Virus record (IMG/VR): IMGVR_UViG_3300021424_002547
Span: 35,686 to 99,685 of that record
DNA: 64,000 nt
Direction: 5' to 3' (one strand)
Source of the DNA: a virus
Below the pieces are notes generated by a model. It was not told the origin of the DNA and did not search any database. It saw nothing but the letters and a program-made list of their open reading frames with translations. Made by a program: the position numbers and the translations under genes. Positions 58,201 through 64,000 of the stretch are shown here, piece after piece (the first letter of the stretch is position 1; each line of letters starts with the position of its first letter).

Positions 58201-60656
58201 TGTTATTATCAGAATTATTCGAAGATTCAGTCAAGCATGTTACATTCTGTTTCGGTAGAATGAATCCTCCTACCATAGGTCACAAACAGGTCCTAGATAC
58301 TATGAAATCTCAGGGCGGGGAAATAAAGATATTCGTTAGCCAGAGCCAAGATGCCAAAAAGAATCCTCTAGATTATTCTACCAAGATCAAATTCATCAAG
58401 GCCATGTTTCCAGAATATGCCCAGGATGTGGTAGAAAATTCTAGCCTAAACACCGTGGTCAAGGTGGCCAGTTATCTCTATGATCAGGGATATACTGCTG
58501 CGACATTTGTCGCAGGTAGTGATCGTCTAGACGATATGAAAAAACTACTGGAAGCATATAATGGAGTAGAAGGTAAGAGCCACGGTTATTACAAATTCGA
58601 AGTGCTAGATTTTGCCAGCAGCGGTGAGAGAGAAGACGGTGCTGAAGGTGTTGCAGGTGTTTCAGCTAGTGGTGCCAGAGCGGCGGCAGCTAATGGCGAC
58701 TTGGAATCGTTTAAAGAAGCCACAGGGGCCGGTGAACTAAGCGAAAAGTTATATGCGGCTGTTCGTAAAGGTATGGGCATATCAGAATCATACAAAATCG
58801 CAGAATCCGTTTCTATAGATTCAGCGATAAAGAATATCGTTGCTACAGGTGATAGTGTCGCAAAGACCTATGGCGATCTCAAGACCATGGCGGAGAAGTG
58901 GGTCTATAACAACGGCACGCTCAAAGGATTCCACAGGAATGCCGCAGGTGTAGGTAAACGTTGGTATGACACATTCTTTTGGAACAAGATGGAAAACGAT
59001 CTACGCACACTGCTACAGAAAAATCCCAAGGCCGCAGCGAAGATACAAGACTTTCTCAACATAGAGAAGGACGACAAAGGTCATGTCAGTTTTAACATCA
59101 TCGGACGCAGCCTGCCGAGAATATTAAACGACGTGGGCGAGAAAATGGGCAACGACGATCTCAAGAGATTTGGTGCTAACTGGTTCAAGCGACAGAAAGA
59201 CTACGAAGATTATCTAGGTCGTGTAGAAAAAGAAGTAAACGATGAAGAAGATGATGATGACTTCTCTCCCGCACCTAAACAACCCAAAGACAATGTGGTA
59301 GGCCGTCAGAACGCTGCTGCCGAAGACATAGTAAACCAGATACTCAAGAGTATTGACAAGAAGGCTGCGGGAGAGATACGCAACATCATCGCCAGAGAGC
59401 CTAATAAACTACAGGCCCTGCAGAAAGAGTTAGCGAAACGCAACATCAAGGTAGGCGAATCGATACGCAGGATAAAGGAACAAATCCTCGCCGAACTGCT
59501 CGAACTAACTACAGAATTCGTGAAATTAAATGACGGTAGTTTTGTTCAGATACAATATAGACCGATGTTAAACAGGCAACCTATGCCAGGTTCCGTACAA
59601 ATATCGGTAGCAGATCCAAGAGTCATTCCTAATATCACAACAGTTAGGCCGTTGGCCTCTGCGGGAGCATGGCAGCAGGACGCAATAAACAAAGCAGCAT
59701 CATCTGGACAGTTAAAACAAAAACAATCAGGACAAGGTGTGGCGGAAGGCATCCGTGTGGTAGATCAAGACTACGATCTCGATCAAATCATATTAACTTT
59801 AGATATCGAAGGTCGGAGAGCATCATTTACCTATACTGATTACGATGAGAACTTTGAAAACGCAGAAAGAAAGGATGTGTTTGATCAACTACAGGAAAAA
59901 TCATGGTATAAGGGTTTAGATCATCCTACTAAAATGGAGATCTTAGATGCTGCCTACAAGGCTATAAGAGGTGAAGAACCGAGCGAATACAAACCTACAG
60001 TTGGTGATGAGCCATTAGACATAGACGAAGGTGTCTCGGAAGGCGATTTAGAAGAAGACTGGCGGAAGAAATTGGCCGCTGCGGGCATGGCCGGCATGAT
60101 GGGACTCAGCGGTGCTGCTGGTGCAGCAGATCGTGTACCGGATACTGCCAAAGAACCTATCATAGCTACTGTAGTCATCGACGGTGAAGCGAGGAGATTA
60201 GATCTCACTCCTAAAGGGTTTGACGATGTCAAAGAAGCAGAAAGATTTTTAAAAAAATTCTTGGCGGATCGAGGTATAAAAGATTGGCAGGCCAAGATAG
60301 AACGCAGTAAACCGGGAACAGGCAAGTATGAGAGGTTGACTATCTCAGGCATGGGTGGATTAGAAAGCATACATGAAGCGCCTATAGAGATGGATCCTAG
60401 CGATCCAATGGATCCTATGATCTACGGACACGATCGAGCCAATCCCGGAAAACTGAAATATCGCATGGCAAGAGCGGCCGGACAATTAAAAGATCTATCT
60501 TCGAGAGTAGACGGTGCAAGCGCCAGTGAATGGCAGATGATGGCTCGTCAATTCGAAGAACTGAAGATGAACATGGAACAGATAAGACATGCCTTGGAAG
60601 AACTGGGCAAAGTCAGGAAGAAGGGTGGCATTCGATCGATGGGAATAACAGTATGA
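58200..60656 (+). CDS. HxGH nucleotidyltransferase (cytidyltransferase-like) fused to several C-terminal modules
   Basis: FGRMNPPTIGH, KKNPL, AGSDR, SASGAR; GVAEG and GVSEG junctions. Confidence 0.75.
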   Translation: MLLSELFEDSVKHVTFCFGRMNPPTIGHKQVLDTMKSQGGEIKIFVSQSQDAKKNPLDYSTKIKFIKAMFPEYAQDVVENSSLNTVVKVASYLYDQGYTAATFVAGSDRLDDMKKLLEAYNGVEGKSHGYYKFEVLDFASSGEREDGAEGVAGVSASGARAAAANGDLESFKEATGAGELSEKLYAAVRKGMGISESYKIAESVSIDSAIKNIVATGDSVAKTYGDLKTMAEKWVYNNGTLKGFHRNAAGVGKRWYDTFFWNKMENDLRTLLQKNPKAAAKIQDFLNIEKDDKGHVSFNIIGRSLPRILNDVGEKMGNDDLKRFGANWFKRQKDYEDYLGRVEKEVNDEEDDDDFSPAPKQPKDNVVGRQNAAAEDIVNQILKSIDKKAAGEIRNIIAREPNKLQALQKELAKRNIKVGESIRRIKEQILAELLELTTEFVKLNDGSFVQIQYRPMLNRQPMPGSVQISVADPRVIPNITTVRPLASAGAWQQDAINKAASSGQLKQKQSGQGVAEGIRVVDQDYDLDQIILTLDIEGRRASFTYTDYDENFENAERKDVFDQLQEKSWYKGLDHPTKMEILDAAYKAIRGEEPSEYKPTVGDEPLDIDEGVSEGDLEEDWRKKLAAAGMAGMMGLSGAAGAADRVPDTAKEPIIATVVIDGEARRLDLTPKGFDDVKEAERFLKKFLADRGIKDWQAKIERSKPGTGKYERLTISGMGGLESIHEAPIEMDPSDPMDPMIYGHDRANPGKLKYRMARAAGQLKDLSSRVDGASASEWQMMARQFEELKMNMEQIRHALEELGKVRKKGGIRSMGITV

Positions 60657-61798
60657 AAGCCAAAGATTTTATACCCGCAAGCAAACCTAGAAACTTTGTA
60701 GCCAAGAATCAACAGACCGCAGGCGCTGGTGCACATCGCGACAAGAAGAAAGCGCAGAAACAGGGCTACGAGAAGCACAAAGGCAAAGGTGTCCGGGAAG
60801 GCAGTAAAATCGCTGTAGATCGCAAAACCGGTCGATACTATGATCCAGATAAAGAACTTGACAAACTATTGAACCAACACAAAGCTCAATTTCAAGGTAT
60901 GGCCGCGATTGAAAAAGCACAGAGTTCTGCTAAAAAAGCCAAACCTAAAAAGCCAGATGTCTCAGAAGGCGACGAACCAGATGAGCAGTATCTAGACAAG
61001 GTCATCAGCGATCTATACAAGGATACCTACGGTATGCGTCCAGATCACGAGTTCGGTCGAGAGTGGATGTCAAGCAATTACGAAGAAAAACTTGAGATCT
61101 ATAACAGCATATTAAAAAATCTACACAGTGATATGGATGAAGGTATTGGTGGTACGATCGCCGGTGGCGTGGGTCAGTTCATTGGCAATAAAATCGATCC
61201 TCTACATGGAGAAATCTTAAGAACTCACGGTGAGATGGCTGGTAGAAAAGCAGAATATATTATACGAAAGTATATGCACTTACTACAGAAATCTCTCAAG
61301 AAACAACTAGATTCTGGAGAGAAGGAAGGTGTCCGAGAAGGCAGCGACTGGGGCGAACCTAGAGAGATACTGGAAGATGTTCTACAGACTTTGGAGCGTG
61401 AAGTAGAGTGGCCATTGACCGAGGTAATGGATCCTAGAGAAGTACGCCAACTATTGGCACCTATCATAAAAGCAGTAAATGATAAAATGATGAGTATGAA
61501 AGAAGCACAAGACGACTGGGGCGGTATGAGCCACAGAGAATTCAAGCGTAAAGAATTACAGCATGAACTAGGACATGAAGACGATCCGGACTTTGAACGC
61601 AAGATGCGCCAACAACAGATGGATAAGGATAAAGGCCCGTGGTATATCCGTATCAATGGTAAGATCTACAAGCAGAAGGGCGAAGCCAAAGTGTTCGACT
61701 GGAAAAAAGGTGCTAACAATTATGCCCTAGCCATACTGAAGAACAAGCCGGAGTTGCAAGGTAAAGTCCTGATAACTAAAAATCCCTCGGATCAATGA
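60653..61798 (+). CDS. Modular probable internal head protein
   Basis: Start MKAKDFI (ATGA coupling); GAGAHRDKKK; GVREG x2, DVSEG, MDEG, MKEA junctions. Confidence 0.65.
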   Translation: MKAKDFIPASKPRNFVAKNQQTAGAGAHRDKKKAQKQGYEKHKGKGVREGSKIAVDRKTGRYYDPDKELDKLLNQHKAQFQGMAAIEKAQSSAKKAKPKKPDVSEGDEPDEQYLDKVISDLYKDTYGMRPDHEFGREWMSSNYEEKLEIYNSILKNLHSDMDEGIGGTIAGGVGQFIGNKIDPLHGEILRTHGEMAGRKAEYIIRKYMHLLQKSLKKQLDSGEKEGVREGSDWGEPREILEDVLQTLEREVEWPLTEVMDPREVRQLLAPIIKAVNDKMMSMKEAQDDWGGMSHREFKRKELQHELGHEDDPDFERKMRQQQMDKDKGPWYIRINGKIYKQKGEAKVFDWKKGANNYALAILKNKPELQGKVLITKNPSDQ

Positions 61799-62034
61799 TG
61801 GAAATCGCAGAATTAAAAAGGTTGGCTGGTATCAATGAATTTAAAGGATATGTAAAATACGATCCTGTAAATCCCAACGATGGTAGTAATATCAGCATAA
61901 CTGGTAATGAAAAGGGCGAAATACAGAAAAAAAACAATATAAAACCAGGAACTCCTGAATGGTTCCAACTATGGTTTAGTTTGCCTTACATGACCGGGGA
62001 ACGTCCAGTAGGAGATAAAAAATGGTTGAGATAA
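61795..62034 (+). CDS. Hypothetical protein
   Basis: LKRLAGINE; [13 protein letters not shown]. Confidence 0.6.
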   Translation: MMEIAELKRLAGINEFKGYVKYDPVNPNDGSNISITGNEKGEIQKKNNIKPGTPEWFQLWFSLPYMTGERPVGDKKWLR

Positions 62035-62348
62035 CTGAAGCAGCAAAAATAAAGATCATAGATCTGTTGATTGACGAAAACAATCCCAAGTTATTTCTCC
62101 GCACCTTTGTGCAGGGAGGTGGATGTAGCGGTTTCAGTTATGGATTTACTTTTGATGAAGAAGTTAATGAAGATGATTTTGAATTTTCTCTAGATGAAAA
62201 ATATAAGTGTGTTATTGATTCTATGAGTATGCAATACATGACCGGAGCGACAATAGATTATAAAGAAGAACTAATGGGTAGTCAGTTTACCATAAAAAAT
62301 CCAAATGCTGAAACTACCTGCGGATGTGGGAGTAGTTTTTCTATATGA
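62022..62348 (+). CDS. erpA: A-type Fe-S carrier, ErpA-like
   Basis: [26 protein letters not shown]. Confidence 0.88.
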   Translation: MVEITEAAKIKIIDLLIDENNPKLFLRTFVQGGGCSGFSYGFTFDEEVNEDDFEFSLDEKYKCVIDSMSMQYMTGATIDYKEELMGSQFTIKNPNAETTCGCGSSFSI

Positions 62349-62716
62349 GAGCCCGAGAATTCATCAAAGAAGCAAGAAATACACAGGGAGATGTGGCCTC
62401 TGGTTTCGATCCAATCCAGAGCGATCCTCTGACCTTGACCTATGTGTTTCCTACTATGCCTGCGAACAATCCTTACAGGACCTACAGGTTCAGCATGGCC
62501 GTGGCCAATCATGATGCAGAACCTATGGAAAACCCTACCAGCCAGATGGCCATGATGTCGGCCTATACCAAAGAAGAAGATGACATGCTGAAGAAAGCCA
62601 TGAAGAAAACCGGCGATCGTGGACACGTTGTAGGCAACCAAGGCAGTAAAGAACCAAAAGACACCGGTCATCACAGTCCTGTGGCACGGGCCAAACGCAA
62701 TCGCTGGGGAGTGTAA
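62345..62716 (+). CDS. Probable internal head protein
   Basis: [10 protein letters not shown]-terminus. Confidence 0.6.
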   Translation: MRAREFIKEARNTQGDVASGFDPIQSDPLTLTYVFPTMPANNPYRTYRFSMAVANHDAEPMENPTSQMAMMSAYTKEEDDMLKKAMKKTGDRGHVVGNQGSKEPKDTGHHSPVARAKRNRWGV

Positions 62717-62719
62717 GCA

Positions 62720-63895
62720 GTGAGAGCCCGAGAATTCGTCATCGAGAAGAAACGCCGCAAGCGTAGACCACGGTGGGCTGCCTATGGTCCAGGACCCTAC
62801 GGCGGTTATGGCTACTACGCAGGTTATAGTGGAGACGGCGGAGGCGGTGATGGCGGAGTAGGTGAAGCCAGCTATCCCGGCAACGTCGGAGCCATGGAGA
62901 TAACTAAATTCTTTAGGATAGCAGGTCCTAAAGAAAAAGATCTGTTGAAAGTGTTGATACAACGCAAAGACTACAGCCGAGCCTGGGCATTGATACAGGG
63001 TATCACGGGTGTAAAACTACAGGGACGAGAATTCCAAACCGACGAAGGATGGCGAGATACACTGGCTGGATTGGCGTTAGGTACCGGTGTAGCCATGGGC
63101 AGCCCTGCTGATGCTAAAACTAATGTAGAACGAGTTGTCGTATCACCGGGACAAACTGTGTATTCTATAGCCAAAGCATTTGATACTACCCCGGAAGTCA
63201 TTCAAAAATTAAACAAATTAGATAAAGATTTTACTATCAAACCCGATCAGGTTATAAAAGTTCCTAAGATAGATACAGTTGAAATTCCTTCTAAAGAAAA
63301 AAAATCTATTGATAGTAAAAAATCTGTAGAAAAGAAAGATGAAAAGAAATCCGAAAAGAAAATAGACACCAACAAAACTCTAACCGGAAAACCTTTTGAA
63401 GCATTGCTAACTCGAACCGCTCGGTCGTCCGGAATCACAGATCCTATCGAACTGGCGGCTTTCCTAGCCCAGACTTCTGTAGAGACTGGAAGATTCAAAC
63501 ACATGAGAGAAGTCGGCAACAAAGAAAGGATCGAAAGGATGTACGATCTAAAATTCAACCGACAAGGTGCTAAGATACTAGGCAATACCAAACCCGGAGA
63601 CGGCTGGAGATATCGAGGTAGAGGATTTATACAATTGACTGGCAGAGACAATTATACCAGAGCCGGCAGAGATCTCGGCCTCGATCTAGCCAAAGATCCC
63701 GATCTAGTGGCCAGAGAGCCTGAAGTCGCGGCCAGAGCCAGCGTATGGTATTGGAAAACCCACGTTAGACCACAGGTAAACGATTTTAGAGATACTGCTG
63801 CAGTTACCAAAGCGGTTCAAGGGGGGTCGTCTGCGCTGGATCGTAGAGAACGCGAATTCCAAAATTTTAAACAATTACAATTGGCTAAAATATGA
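62720..63895 (+). CDS. Polyprotein ending in a LysM plus GH19 peptidoglycan hydrolase
   Basis: LysM VSPGQTVYSIAKAFDTTPEVIQKLN; GH19 AQTSVET, YRGRGFIQLTGRDNY; MRAREFVIE N-terminus (GTG start). Confidence 0.85.
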   Translation: MRAREFVIEKKRRKRRPRWAAYGPGPYGGYGYYAGYSGDGGGGDGGVGEASYPGNVGAMEITKFFRIAGPKEKDLLKVLIQRKDYSRAWALIQGITGVKLQGREFQTDEGWRDTLAGLALGTGVAMGSPADAKTNVERVVVSPGQTVYSIAKAFDTTPEVIQKLNKLDKDFTIKPDQVIKVPKIDTVEIPSKEKKSIDSKKSVEKKDEKKSEKKIDTNKTLTGKPFEALLTRTARSSGITDPIELAAFLAQTSVETGRFKHMREVGNKERIERMYDLKFNRQGAKILGNTKPGDGWRYRGRGFIQLTGRDNYTRAGRDLGLDLAKDPDLVAREPEVAARASVWYWKTHVRPQVNDFRDTAAVTKAVQGGSSALDRREREFQNFKQLQLAKI

Positions 63896-64000
63896 AAGCT
63901 CACGAATTCATAACTGAAAATTTTGCAGACGGTAAACGCAAAGGCAAGAGCCGTCCAGGGCGTGTAAAACGTTCAGGAGCCAGTTGTAATGGTAGCGGGG
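63892..64000 (+). CDS. Probable internal head protein (3' truncated by window edge)
   Basis: MKAHEFITENFADGKRKGKSRPGRVKRSGASC... Confidence 0.6.
   Translation, partial: MKAHEFITENFADGKRKGKSRPGRVKRSGASCNGSG

Noticed and set aside
60530-60652. Upstream extensions in the ORF track (also 1192, 9076, 16646, 17496, 22910, 23409, 48242, 57793)
   Set aside because: They overlap preceding genes or promoters; downstream starts with stop-start coupling, an RBS or TAAATA spacing fit better
62282-62962. 226-aa minus-strand ORF and other long antisense ORFs (e.g. 55082..55675, 33220..33711, 21801..22244)
   Set aside because: They shadow well-supported plus-strand genes and show no motifs or RBS
1-64000. 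Stop-codon reassignment, as seen in some large phages
   Set aside because: Long conserved genes are intact in the standard code, and TAA, TAG and TGA all terminate tightly packed genes
1-64000. CRISPR array, integrase, transposase, intron, intein or reverse transcriptase
   Set aside because: No regularly spaced repeats or recognisable catalytic motifs for these were seen

Overview
The window is a 64-kb segment of a large, T4-like (myovirus/jumbo-type) dsDNA bacteriophage, read in the standard genetic code. Spanins, kdsA and a proteobacterial-type iscU/iscA/erpA set point to a Gram-negative host. From left to right it holds: (1) 1-10 kb, a visibly AT-rich island of modifying enzymes (2 membrane desaturases, 2 B12-type radical SAM enzymes, at least 5 Fe(II)/2OG-oxygenase-like proteins, SGNH-like, GNAT, DUF2061, PP-loop ATPase); (2) a 112-nt tRNA-like RNA with enlarged arms, Hc1, thyX and small early genes behind near-perfect sigma70 promoters; (3) auxiliary genes queD, dadA, kdsA, a glycosyltransferase, uvsE, SOD, iscU and iscA; (4) 25-42 kb, a baseplate/tail-fibre region with a 2517-aa protein and a subtilase; (5) replication and housekeeping genes (mini DnaE fragment, GroES, MazG-like, tagD, clamp loader, phoH); (6) a GH19 endolysin-spanin-holin cassette followed by dnaJ-def-clpA; (7) 57-64 kb, genes for apparent capsid-targeted, protease-processed polyproteins. 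The most unusual signals are: polyprotein modules that expose cryptic Sec-like signal peptides after predicted prohead-protease sites, one leading a LysM-GH19 hydrolase; three phycobiliprotein-like repeats that keep the bilin-binding Cys inside the giant tail protein; the non-canonical tRNA-like RNA; a pseudoknotted, preQ1-I-like leader before queD; and TAAATA-N4-5-ATG leaderless late genes. All family calls come from motif recognition by eye; no database searches were run.
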